Shown here in pieces: positions 46,964 to 56,197 of a stretch of 64,000 nt of DNA; the stretch's first letter is position 1; each line of letters opens with the position of its first letter. The DNA is from a virus (taxonomy: Duplodnaviria > Caudoviricetes), in IMG/VR virus record IMGVR_UViG_2622736508_000001. One strand, given 5' to 3'. The notes under the pieces were generated by a model that worked only from the letters and a program-made list of their open reading frames with translations, made no database searches and was not told the origin of the DNA. Both the position numbers and the translations under genes were made by a program.

Positions 46964-47182
46964 TCATTTCCGATTAGGCAGCTCAGCCGGGAAGAATTCC
47001 AAGCGCCCCGCTTCACACTCATATCCTGCTTGCTCTAAATCTAAATGCTGCATTACAGTACTAACAGCCATTTCGGTTATTTCCACCTTGCTGGTTGCAG
47101 TAGTACCGCTCTTATCAGTGAAACCAGCATAAATTTTGTTCGTGAGCGGACTAACCCAAAGCTTTAATTCATCAAGTTTCAT
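46964..47182 (-). CDS. Hypothetical protein
   Basis: 72 aa; VSPLTNKIYAG...K.EITEMAV..V..HL phage-type motif. Confidence 0.55.
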   Translation of the reverse strand: MKLDELKLWVSPLTNKIYAGFTDKSGTTATSKVEITEMAVSTVMQHLDLEQAGYECEAGRLEFFPAELPNRK

Positions 47183-47216
47183 AGCGCACCTCACGTCTCA
47201 TCAAAATAACTCGCCA

Positions 47217-48017
47217 TCATCGCCGCCCCACCCAGGCGCTCAGATCCTCATCCCAGGCAGCACGAAATTTAGCCGGCAGCGGTACTTGTTTATTCTCTAA
47301 AAACAACTTAGCATGGGCGCAGGAAAAAATTGTGCTGTCCGTGTTTTTGCCGTTGCGCCGGCACTGGATACCTTCCGCCGAACTGCGGACAACGGCAATG
47401 GTGGCAGCCGGATTAATGAGGATTTCCAATGTTTCTCCTGATGCAAACCGCTTGCCGACTTCCGGCGATAGAGTTACCTTGCCGTTTTTGGTAACTGTAA
47501 TATACGGCGTTGTCCTTGTTGCCAGCGCGTTGTTGGCATTAAAAACAACAAATGTGGATAAATCCAGTTTGGTAACGGTTAGCGCACCCGCTTCCGTCTT
47601 TACGCTCCGCGAATTTGCCATTAATCTCCCTCCTCTTTGATAAAGGTTATAACCTTCCGTTGTGGCCGGATCAGGGATGATGTCAATTAGCTGCGTCCCG
47701 CTTTCATCGATTTCCTGAAACAGCGAAACGACGATTGCACGCCGTTTTTGCGCCGTGTTCCGTCGCATTTCACGGTATAAGGCGGATCGGATATGGAGCA
47801 ACGCATAAGTTGCGAAGCCCGCGCCTCGCGCCGGATTATACTTTACTGCGGCATTTACCAATGCAATGCTGGCGATCTGAAACAGATCTTCATACTCGAC
47901 ATTCGGCCTGAACGGATAATAGCGATGGATAGCGTAATGAACAAGGTTTTTGTATTCCCGTATTAGATTGTCGTTAAGGTAAGGCTGTTTGCTGCACATA
48001 CAATTCATGCGTCCCAT
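47217..48017 (-). CDS. Sigma-70 region 2/3 domain (sporulation-sigma-like, no region 4) fused in frame to a 134-aa ORF that has its own RBS
   Basis: YKNLVHYAI...YEDLFQIASIALVNAAVKYNPARGAGFATYA...I...LYRE...VSLFQEID. Internal AGGAGGGAG + ATG at 47621. Confidence 0.7.
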   Translation of the reverse strand: MGRMNCMCSKQPYLNDNLIREYKNLVHYAIHRYYPFRPNVEYEDLFQIASIALVNAAVKYNPARGAGFATYALLHIRSALYREMRRNTAQKRRAIVVSLFQEIDESGTQLIDIIPDPATTEGYNLYQRGGRLMANSRSVKTEAGALTVTKLDLSTFVVFNANNALATRTTPYITVTKNGKVTLSPEVGKRFASGETLEILINPAATIAVVRSSAEGIQCRRNGKNTDSTIFSCAHAKLFLENKQVPLPAKFRAAWDEDLSAWVGRR

Positions 48018-49284
48018 CCCGGAGTGCGCGCTCCTCCTCGGAAAGCTCGTAGCCTTTTTTTTCAAGGCAATCGTAAATTACATCAAGTTCCGCACTTCCT
48101 GAAAATTCGCATTGCCAGTCATGATAGTTTTCGTGTTGATTCTCAATACTGCAATAAGCCGCAATTAGTAATACTCGCTCTGGTTCGGATTCCAACACAC
48201 CTGAAATTGTATCGAAAGTTAATTCCTCATCTTCAGGAGCTTTAATACCAAGCAATTCCAGAAATTTTGTTTCGGCACCGTACGGGAATCCGCCCTCCAT
48301 GATTGCCTGCATCGCCAACGCCATGATTCCGTTAATATGCTTTTTCGCACCTACATAACTCCGCACAAACTCATGCCGCAATTGGAAAGCTCTTTTATTA
48401 ATCTCATCCAGACGTTCGCGCCGTTCTCGCAATTGCCGTTGTTTTTCCTGCATGGCTTTTTCAGCTTCTGTGTCCGTTTTTTCAGCTTCTTTCACCAGTA
48501 ATTGGGCATTGTACGGTGAGACGGTAAAAAAGTATTCCCTTGTATCGGCGTCGACTGGTTTCAGATTTTTTAGCTCAGTCGAAAAATTAGAAAACCATCG
48601 TACAGAACGCAGACCAGCCGTTTCCTTGACCTGCGTAGCAAATTTTTCAAGTTCGGCAATCAATAAGGCTTTGTTTTCTTCGAATTTTTCTTTATCAATG
48701 GCATCTTTAAGTTCCCAATGGAAATTAGGCGTACCAATTTTTTCAAGAACCTTATTTTTAGTTTTAACATCCTTGATCTTATCCAACTCCGCATAGTCTT
48801 GCAGCGTAGCCCCGCGCGCAACAGACTGTTGGAATTTCTCCTTGTCTAAATCCAACAGCTTCACGCGGCGCCGGATTGTGCTTTCCGAAAAACCGGTCTG
48901 CTCTGAAATACCATCAACGGTCTCCCCGAAATCCAGCATCATTTGAAATCCCTGCGCCTGCTCCAATATGGTTAGGTCATTGCGTTGCATATTCTCCAGC
49001 AACATCGTGGAGAGCTGTTTTTTGTAATCCATGTCAGTGATCACGCAGGGAACTTCCGTCAGACCTGCGAGCTTCGCAGCCGCAAGGCGGCGGTGCCCGA
49101 TGACAACACGGTATACTCCTTCGATGGGTTGTCCTGTTACTTCACCGAGATAGGGTACAACTGTAAGATTTTGCAAAATACCGTTAGCCTTAATGCTATT
49201 TGCAAGCTCAGTTAGGTCGCCTAAATCTTTGCGAGGATTATCAGGATGAGGGGATATGCGTTTGATTTCAATATTGGTAATCAT
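47974..49284 (-). CDS. ParB/Spo0J-like partition protein
   Basis: PHPDNPRK...GILQNLTV...GHRRLAAAK...ENMQRNDL, followed by an HTH. Confidence 0.85.
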   Translation of the reverse strand: MITNIEIKRISPHPDNPRKDLGDLTELANSIKANGILQNLTVVPYLGEVTGQPIEGVYRVVIGHRRLAAAKLAGLTEVPCVITDMDYKKQLSTMLLENMQRNDLTILEQAQGFQMMLDFGETVDGISEQTGFSESTIRRRVKLLDLDKEKFQQSVARGATLQDYAELDKIKDVKTKNKVLEKIGTPNFHWELKDAIDKEKFEENKALLIAELEKFATQVKETAGLRSVRWFSNFSTELKNLKPVDADTREYFFTVSPYNAQLLVKEAEKTDTEAEKAMQEKQRQLRERRERLDEINKRAFQLRHEFVRSYVGAKKHINGIMALAMQAIMEGGFPYGAETKFLELLGIKAPEDEELTFDTISGVLESEPERVLLIAAYCSIENQHENYHDWQCEFSGSAELDVIYDCLEKKGYELSEEERALRDGTHELYVQQTALP

Positions 49285-49297
49285 GATCTCACCTCTC

Positions 49298-49356
49298 GAA
49301 AAAATATCCCGCCTGGTGGCCGCGTCGGTACCCGGCAATCAGCTACCAGGCGGGGT
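49298..49356 (-). terminator. Long hairpin with a U-tract (terminator/attenuator)
   Basis: CCCGCCTGGT...ACCAGGCGGG followed by ATATTTTTT. Confidence 0.6.
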
Positions 49357-49369
49357 AATTGCAGTTTAC

Positions 49370-50140
49370 TTAATAGGGATCAGCGCCGGCGGCGACAGTT
49401 TCGGCAGGATTTGGGGTTTTAGAAACTATCGGGGCATCTTTTGCTGGAGCGGTTTGATCTGCCTTAATGCCATAATCTCTGGGATCGAACAGGCCAACCG
49501 GCTCAAAATCAATGCCAATCCAACTTTTCTCACCGGAACCTTTTTCGCTGGTTGTCATGCGAGTAACTACACGATTGACACCAGTACGAGGCGGCACCAA
49601 GGCTTTAGCGCCTTTTCCAAGATAGATGCCTTGTGCATATCGCCCCCACTGAATAGTGGTAGTGGAAGGGAAACTCATTAAATAAATTTTAGGAAAACCG
49701 TCGGGATTTAAAGTAGTTACCGGTACGATGTATGCAATATAACGCAATTCCAGTGACTTTAAATCATATCGGGTCTGCGCTTCCGGATTCTCCTGAAGGA
49801 AAACCTGTAAGTCCTGTTCCGCTTCTTCCTTGTCACGTTTAGCCACAATCAGTTGTCCTTCTTCCGGAGATTCTTGCTTACCCCAGAGGGTCCAGCGTTT
49901 TTCTCCATAACCAACCACCACATCAATGCTGTCGCTATAGTCCTCAACAACAGTATCATTGGAATCCTTTTCAACAAAATTTCCCTTTTTACTGATGTTT
50001 AGCCAAGTACCGATATTGACGAAATCGAAATCCATATCCTCATTTACAGCCAAAAAATCTTCCTTGATGCTGTTCAGCATCTGGGTTACATAGTTTGAAG
50101 CTGCAGGTAAATTATTTTTTACGGTAGTTACGTTTGACAT
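49370..50140 (-). CDS. Replication-module hypothetical protein (possibly an ssDNA-binding protein)
   Basis: 256 aa, beta-rich, with a flexible C-terminus; position next to the helicase. Confidence 0.45.
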   Translation of the reverse strand: MSNVTTVKNNLPAASNYVTQMLNSIKEDFLAVNEDMDFDFVNIGTWLNISKKGNFVEKDSNDTVVEDYSDSIDVVVGYGEKRWTLWGKQESPEEGQLIVAKRDKEEAEQDLQVFLQENPEAQTRYDLKSLELRYIAYIVPVTTLNPDGFPKIYLMSFPSTTTIQWGRYAQGIYLGKGAKALVPPRTGVNRVVTRMTTSEKGSGEKSWIGIDFEPVGLFDPRDYGIKADQTAPAKDAPIVSKTPNPAETVAAGADPY

Positions 50141-50168
50141 TGTAATTCCTCCAATATTTTAATTTTAT

Positions 50169-51881
50169 TTACCAGGGCATGCTGTCCAGGAAAGCTTCTA
50201 TTTCATCACGCTCCGCTGTTTTCGGCTTTCCCGGCACCTTGAGCCCTAGGCGTTTATAAACGGAGCGCCGGCTGTAATACTGGCTACGCAGTACGCCAAC
50301 GTTGTAATCAACGTAATCGAACCAGGCAGCCTTTTTGTCGGGATTCTGCGGATCGGGCCGCATCAGCCGGCCGATGGCCTGCTCAACGCTGGCCCCATTT
50401 TTGCTGCCGCCAGTGTCGCCCCGTTTCGGCATGGCCAGATGGCCGTAACAGAGATTTGGCAGGTCGAGGCCCTCCTGGACGAGCTGGGCCGTAGCAAACA
50501 GGATATCTACTTTCCCATCCCGGCAATCTGCAATCCGCTGCTTGCGTTGGGCATTGCTGACCTGCCAGTCCCGGAATTCATCCTCCGTGTACTGCTCCAC
50601 TTTGACCTCCCAACGTTTAAGCCGCTCGTTGCGCCGGCACTCCAACGCCTCGCCGGCGGCTACCAGCTGCCGGGCGTTTTTTTCGGTACCACCCACGATC
50701 CATTTATAGCGGTTGATCGAGCCGTGAACCATGGCAATGCGAGGCGGGTAAGCGATCATTTCACGCTGAAAGATATCCGTAATCTTATCGCGGAGCTTAT
50801 AGCAATACCGGATGCTTTCAGTTAATACGAGTTGGAATTGACTTTGTAATTTGCCGTTATGCTTGATTAGGGCATTATCAATGATAGTTCTTGCAATTAA
50901 TTCGATTCTTGCCTCGTCGGCCACCAGACGGTCCATGAGCACCCGGTAATCCAAATCCTCGCCGCCGGCATCTACACTGCACAGATCGTTCCGATCGGCG
51001 GCTTGTTCATAGTCAAAATTGGTGAATACGAATTTGATTTCCGGCTTGATCAGACGGCCGGTGTCATAGAGGCCGTCCCGCGAAATTTTATGCACAACAG
51101 GACCGATGCCGCGGTACATGTAAATCTCCAGTTTGTCTTTTCGTTTGTCGGTAGCAGTTAAGCCATACATATAAAAAGGTGAAAATTGACCGATAACATT
51201 TAGAAAAGAAGCGGCCGGCACATGATGACATTCATCTGTAACGAGGTTTCCAATTAGCTGATTTAATTCTTCAATCAAATTCGGGTTATCGCCAAGAGTC
51301 TGCACTGTGGCCAAGAACAGTTTGCCATCTCCCCATTCGTGCTTGCCGTCACCAAATATGCCAATTCTGCCAACACCTGACAGCAGTTTTTCTGCTGCGT
51401 CTCGCGACTGATACAGGAGGTCTTTGGTGTGTGTTAGCCAAAGCGCTGGTTTTACAAGATCATGTATAAGCCGCATCCCCATAAGGGTTTTACCGCTACC
51501 GGCTGGAGCCACCAGAATGCCGGATTCTGCCTCGCGCAGCGCTTCAACAGCTTCTTCCTGATCGGAACGAAGCACATAATCTTCATTCCAGCCGCCAAAA
51601 TCTATATTTGGTACATTTGGAAAACGAATTTTAATTTCTGCAGTACTCCACTCCGGCATGCTGGTTAAGTCAGTCAAGTATCCCCGTGGCGCGATAATAT
51701 CTGTCCCTGCCAAGGAATACAGCCTGAGATACTTTTCCATGCCCCAGAGCGGGCGCTTTTTGGCTTTTTTCTCTTCGTATTCCGGGTTGGGGACAGTGAG
51801 GTCCGCCGTGATTTTTGCCCTAAGCGGCGTACTGGCTCCCCGGATGCGAATATTGTTTGCAATCGTTATAGTAACTGGCAA
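50169..51881 (-). CDS. SF2 DEAD/DEAH-like helicase
   Basis: APAGSGKT, VTDECHH, GLTAT, EGLDLP, QAIGRLMR. Confidence 0.9.
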   Translation of the reverse strand: MPVTITIANNIRIRGASTPLRAKITADLTVPNPEYEEKKAKKRPLWGMEKYLRLYSLAGTDIIAPRGYLTDLTSMPEWSTAEIKIRFPNVPNIDFGGWNEDYVLRSDQEEAVEALREAESGILVAPAGSGKTLMGMRLIHDLVKPALWLTHTKDLLYQSRDAAEKLLSGVGRIGIFGDGKHEWGDGKLFLATVQTLGDNPNLIEELNQLIGNLVTDECHHVPAASFLNVIGQFSPFYMYGLTATDKRKDKLEIYMYRGIGPVVHKISRDGLYDTGRLIKPEIKFVFTNFDYEQAADRNDLCSVDAGGEDLDYRVLMDRLVADEARIELIARTIIDNALIKHNGKLQSQFQLVLTESIRYCYKLRDKITDIFQREMIAYPPRIAMVHGSINRYKWIVGGTEKNARQLVAAGEALECRRNERLKRWEVKVEQYTEDEFRDWQVSNAQRKQRIADCRDGKVDILFATAQLVQEGLDLPNLCYGHLAMPKRGDTGGSKNGASVEQAIGRLMRPDPQNPDKKAAWFDYVDYNVGVLRSQYYSRRSVYKRLGLKVPGKPKTAERDEIEAFLDSMPW

Positions 51882-52393
51882 TTATTAATCACCTCCGTCA
51901 AATCGTAGGCCGGGCCACTGAGCCGCTTGTCTTTCGGATCGTGGTAATAAGTGCGTGGCAGTTGAATGGCTGGCATGGTCACGAAGTTTTTCAAGATGTT
52001 TCGGGCAATGTAGCGGAACCGACGCTCCTGCATGTACTTAATCACAGTTGAAAGCCGGAAAGCGTAGGCTTCATCAATGTCCTTGCTTAAAAAAGACACG
52101 AACACCAGTCCAAAATTCCGGGGGATGACTTCAAAATTCAGCAGCCCCCGGAATTGGTTCGGCCGAATAAAGCTAAGTTCAAACTTATCGCCCTGGGTGC
52201 GTTTGGCTTCAATCAGGAAATTTCCATTGGCTGTGGTGACAATCTCATCGGCCGGCCGGGTGCTGCCTCTCCCGTCAGAAATCCGCATCCGCCAAACATT
52301 AGGGACAAGCCGCCAGCTTCGCCTGATTTCGTCCTGGAATTCCTGCCCGCGGTCGCGGCGCTCTTTTTGTTTACTTGCGCTGTTCATAAGCAA
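51866..52393 (-). CDS. PD-(D/E)xK Holliday junction resolvase (RecU/Hjc-like)
   Basis: GQEFQDEI...PADEIV...LIEAKRT...PNQ. Confidence 0.75.
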   Translation of the reverse strand: MLMNSASKQKERRDRGQEFQDEIRRSWRLVPNVWRMRISDGRGSTRPADEIVTTANGNFLIEAKRTQGDKFELSFIRPNQFRGLLNFEVIPRNFGLVFVSFLSKDIDEAYAFRLSTVIKYMQERRFRYIARNILKNFVTMPAIQLPRTYYHDPKDKRLSGPAYDLTEVINNCQLL

Positions 52394-52676
52394 TAATCTC
52401 CACTTTGACTAAAGACATGACCAGGAGCAAGGGATCGTCAATAACGCAGGTATCTCCATCCGGACTAGTCAGGGTAATTTCACCACCATGCTCATCCAGT
52501 ATTTCTTCCGGGCATTCTTCCACTTCATTAATTATTGGTTGCAGTATTTTAGCGCCCATACAATTGCTGCTTAACTTGCGTTTTATGGTTCCGACGTGCT
52601 TCCCATCCTGAAAAGTAAGTAAGACGATATGCAGGCCGACACGCGGGTACGAACCTTCCAGAGGATAGTTATCCAT
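52371..52676 (-). CDS. Hypothetical protein
   Basis: 101-aa ORF coupled to its neighbours. Confidence 0.55.
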   Translation of the reverse strand: MDNYPLEGSYPRVGLHIVLLTFQDGKHVGTIKRKLSSNCMGAKILQPIINEVEECPEEILDEHGGEITLTSPDGDTCVIDDPLLLVMSLVKVEIIAYEQRK

Positions 52677-53247
52677 TACCCCGCCCTCCCGATAAGAAAT
52701 TAAATAATGCCGCCTGCAGGTTTGATTTTGCTGCTATAGCGTGTACCCGGGCGGATGAAGCAGTTAAAACATCGCTTGCCCGGGCTAAATCCACATCAAT
52801 GGCGGCTATTTCTCCGCTTGTCTCTGCGAGCACTTGCCGGTCTGCAGCGGAATAAGCCCGACGGTAGGCGTCCCGGTTCGCTTCATTATTGAGCAGGATT
52901 TTTTTGTCACCAATCATTCCATACTGCTCCTTGCCTTCACCCTGGGCGTTCATAAATGCCTCGGCCTCTGTAAGCTTTACAGCGCTTTCAAGCTGGATTT
53001 TTTGCTGAAGCAATTCGCCTTTGGTTTGATCCACGGCGATCCTGTGGTTAATCGCGTTGCAAAGCTCTTTATACGCGAAGGATATTTGTCTTGTCGTATC
53101 CTCTAACGCCTCCGGCGCCAAAACCTGAATATATTCCGCCGGTACCCGCTGCGTGCTAATCTCCAATAGCTTCCGGGCTGCAGCTCTCACTCTTTCCGGA
53201 CCATATAAAGTAACCAGGCTGTCAAATTGCTGTTGAATATCATTCAT
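52669..53247 (-). CDS. Coiled-coil protein (possible recombination mediator)
   Basis: Helical; NNEANRDAY motif; follows sbcD. Confidence 0.45.
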   Translation of the reverse strand: MNDIQQQFDSLVTLYGPERVRAAARKLLEISTQRVPAEYIQVLAPEALEDTTRQISFAYKELCNAINHRIAVDQTKGELLQQKIQLESAVKLTEAEAFMNAQGEGKEQYGMIGDKKILLNNEANRDAYRRAYSAADRQVLAETSGEIAAIDVDLARASDVLTASSARVHAIAAKSNLQAALFNFLSGGRGNG

Positions 53248-53261
53248 AAAAATATCTCCCC

Positions 53262-54221
53262 TCACGCAGCGCCCAGGCGCTGCTCCTGTATTTTTTCTAA
53301 GGTCTTCCGGACAACATCGGGTGCCAGGGCTTCCTTTTGGGCAATGGTCTCCACAATGTCATCAATATTAAGCAAAACCTTCTCGCCGCTGCCGGTCTGA
53401 ATCAGCGCCGCGAATTCCTCCATGGCGTACTGGCGTTTCTGGTCGGCTTCGATTTTTGAGCGGTCCAGGACTTCGGCGCCGGGCTTTGCCGACTGCAGCG
53501 GGATCAACTGAATATCAAAGGTTTGTTTATCCATTACATCAATCAGTGCAACCTGGATCGGCCGCTCCAGCTCGCCGGTACTGGCGCTAATCCGCGTCAG
53601 GCTGCCCGGATTACAAAATACTTTACCGTCTGCCCGCCGGTAGATGCCGTAGCCGGTATGATCATGACCGGTCAATATCAGGTCGGCAGTCGTAACCACA
53701 TCCTTCAGCAACGTAAACCGGTCAAAGGGCGGCGTGTGGTCGAGCAGCATGCCGTGAGCAACATGGATCTTTAATTGCTCATCCATCCAGTGGGTGTCAT
53801 AGCCGTACCCCTCCCGGTCCATCCTACCGGAGTAGGGCGCGAAGGTGATGGCCACATCGGGATAAACCATTACCTGGCTCTCGCTGAAAACCCGGAATTT
53901 GGGGACCAGCTCCGTTAATAGCCTGAGGCTTGTCCGATCATAGGTGTCCAGGTTGTAACCGTGAATATCGTGGTTGCCAGCGCAGGTGTAGAAGTCGACC
54001 GGGCATTCCCGGAACATCTGCATAAACTCCACCAGCACGCCGATGGATACCTCCGGCCAGTCCCAGATGTCGCCCGGGCAAAGGATAGCCTTGACCTGGT
54101 GCTGTTCAGCCAGGGCGAACACCTCGCGGAGTTTGGTTTTCACGGCCTCTTTATAGTCGTCAATTCTATTTCTGGGTTTTTTACCGCGAAGATGAAGATC
54201 GCCGACAAATAAAAACCTCAT
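53262..54221 (-). CDS. SbcD/Mre11-like metallophosphoesterase nuclease
   Basis: GDLH, GDIWD, AGNHD, VAHGM, LTGHDH motifs. Confidence 0.88.
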   Translation of the reverse strand: MRFLFVGDLHLRGKKPRNRIDDYKEAVKTKLREVFALAEQHQVKAILCPGDIWDWPEVSIGVLVEFMQMFRECPVDFYTCAGNHDIHGYNLDTYDRTSLRLLTELVPKFRVFSESQVMVYPDVAITFAPYSGRMDREGYGYDTHWMDEQLKIHVAHGMLLDHTPPFDRFTLLKDVVTTADLILTGHDHTGYGIYRRADGKVFCNPGSLTRISASTGELERPIQVALIDVMDKQTFDIQLIPLQSAKPGAEVLDRSKIEADQKRQYAMEEFAALIQTGSGEKVLLNIDDIVETIAQKEALAPDVVRKTLEKIQEQRLGAA

Positions 54222-54958
54222 ATCACTTTCACCACACTTTTCCCGTTAGTCTGCGACACACCAATACTGATGTCCCCAATCTCAGCCAGCGCCTCATTGT
54301 GTGTGATCAGGATCATCTGCCTCCCAAACTTCTGGCTGTACTCCTTGAGGAAATAGGCCACATTCGGCGCATACTCAGCAGACAAGTGTTTACCTACTTC
54401 ATCGAGCAGCAGAGGCCCCCGTACTTCTGCCAACTCTGCAACAGCCAACCTAAGCGCCAGGCTGACCACATCAGCCACACCGCCGCCCCGGTCGTAATCC
54501 GGAGGCTTAAGCTGCGTCACGATGCCCTCGGACTCCAGCCAATAGTCCACTTCCGGCCGGTTGGCCCGCACCTCCAGCGACAGCTGAAATTTATAGTCCT
54601 TGCCAAACACAACGGACAGCGCCGAAGTAACAATCTCCTCGATCCGACTCTTGGCCTGCTGCCGTGCAAAGTCGGAGGTGAGCTGCAGCAGTCTTTGCAC
54701 TTTCTCGTTTAGTTCAAGCATCTGGGCCGCGGTGGCGCTTTTGATGATCTCCGCATCGCGCTGCTCAAGCAATAAATTACGCTTGGCAATTTGCTTTGTA
54801 ATTTTTTCAGCGGCCTGCCGGACGTCCAGTTTGATCTTGTTGATCTGATAGGTGTTGATTGTGAACGATTTAGGTAATTCCGTAATCAAATCATGGGTTT
54901 CCGTTATGATTGGCGGCGTTACCGGCACGGAAGGTCTAAGTAGGTCCCGAAGCGCCAT
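54218..54958 (-). CDS. SbcC/Rad50-like ATPase, C-terminal half
   Basis: RGGGVADVVSLALR signature-like motif, LLLDEVGKHL Walker B, ILITH H-loop; no Walker A. Confidence 0.8.
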   Translation of the reverse strand: MALRDLLRPSVPVTPPIITETHDLITELPKSFTINTYQINKIKLDVRQAAEKITKQIAKRNLLLEQRDAEIIKSATAAQMLELNEKVQRLLQLTSDFARQQAKSRIEEIVTSALSVVFGKDYKFQLSLEVRANRPEVDYWLESEGIVTQLKPPDYDRGGGVADVVSLALRLAVAELAEVRGPLLLDEVGKHLSAEYAPNVAYFLKEYSQKFGRQMILITHNEALAEIGDISIGVSQTNGKSVVKVI

Positions 54959-55760
54959 TAGAATAATGCATCTCCTTCCACATTGCGATGCCAATTAATG
55001 CGTAAACGATTACATCCCGGAGGCGCTCCGCGCATTCCTTGTCATCCAGCCCTTTGTTAGCCAAGGGCACCAGATGCTTGTCCACCAGCGTCATCAGCAC
55101 GGTGAACATAGCTGTATGCTCCTGTTTATTAAAAATGCGGATAGCCGTTTGTCGGAAATTATAAAACAGGTCATCCACTGTCCCGTAGGATTGATTCTTC
55201 TCCTCAAATAACTGTTGAATAGATTCCAGTTCAGTGCTCAATAATGCGAGGAATTCGCTTCTGGTAAACTGTCCAGCACTTTTCCCCTCAGTTGGAACTT
55301 CAGACCGCGCTGGCTGCTCTAACTGTTCTGTCTGATCTGCCTGTTCTAACTGTTCTGCCTGCACCGTTCTTCCCTCCTCATATACATTGTCCTGGAATGT
55401 CTTTACGTCCATCGTGGGAGGCTTGTTTCTCTTCTGTCTGGTACCCGCCATTTTGGGCCGTGGATCTGCTCCCTTTTTATGCAAACCCCATTTAACTAAG
55501 CGTGGATACAGAGAGCCCGCGCTTTTGATCCCGTAAAGCGTTTGCAGTGTTGCCGGACCGTACCCGGCATCCAAAATTAATTTGGCATCCTCGGCGGTTA
55601 AATCATCAAGCGTCATGATTTGCGCTTTACCAATGTCCAGGCCCATTTTGATGCATTCTACCGGGGTAGGCTTCCGGCTTGTGCATGCCGCCGGTTCCGG
55701 TAATGGGCTCCGCTCTTTCATTTCCTTGCTAAGGATGCCGCTGCTGAGTATTTCAGCCAC
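54936..55760 (-). CDS. Protein with a C-terminal DUF1599/Nmad1-like (all-alpha nucleotide pyrophosphatase-like) domain
   Basis: FEEKNQSYG....FYNF...DKH...ERLRDVIVYALI. GTG start at 55760. Confidence 0.6.
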   Translation of the reverse strand: MAEILSSGILSKEMKERSPLPEPAACTSRKPTPVECIKMGLDIGKAQIMTLDDLTAEDAKLILDAGYGPATLQTLYGIKSAGSLYPRLVKWGLHKKGADPRPKMAGTRQKRNKPPTMDVKTFQDNVYEEGRTVQAEQLEQADQTEQLEQPARSEVPTEGKSAGQFTRSEFLALLSTELESIQQLFEEKNQSYGTVDDLFYNFRQTAIRIFNKQEHTAMFTVLMTLVDKHLVPLANKGLDDKECAERLRDVIVYALIGIAMWKEMHYSNGASGPT

Positions 55761-55761
55761 A

Positions 55762-55953
55762 TTATTCACCTGCGCTTTCTTTATCGTCTTCACCATCATC
55801 AAAGGCATCAGCAATCTTTAAAACCAGGCATTGTATTGCACCTGTTCGGGGATTTCGTCCATTACATCTAGATATTTTGCATACCGCATGATAAAAACAC
55901 AGTTCCCCGGGTTCCGTTTTTTCAATGACAGTTACATTATATGGAATGCTCAT
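55762..55953 (-). CDS. Small Cys-containing hypothetical protein
   Basis: 63-aa ORF with GAGGGAGG RBS. Confidence 0.5.
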   Translation of the reverse strand: MSIPYNVTVIEKTEPGELCFYHAVCKISRCNGRNPRTGAIQCLVLKIADAFDDGEDDKESAGE

Positions 55954-55963
55954 ACGCCCTCCC

Positions 55964-56197
55964 TCATACCCGAGGAATAAGCCCTTCGACCGTGGTCAAG
56001 GTTTCCGTGATCGCGGTCTCCAGATTAGCAATCTCTTCGCCAATGGTTTCCGGCGTGACGCCTTCGGCCGCCATCTTTTGGACAACCTCCTCACGCTGCT
56101 GCTCCGCAGCTGCTTTTTGGGTCTCGGCTATGGTTTTGCTTTGCTCCGCCCGCTTTAAATTAGCTTTGGCGGTCTCAATTCTTGTCTTAATGTCCAC
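55964..56197 (-). CDS. 77-aa coiled-coil protein
   Basis: GTG start with AGGGGAG RBS overlapping the SbcC-N stop; pure coiled coil. Confidence 0.6.
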   Translation of the reverse strand: MDIKTRIETAKANLKRAEQSKTIAETQKAAAEQQREEVVQKMAAEGVTPETIGEEIANLETAITETLTTVEGLIPRV

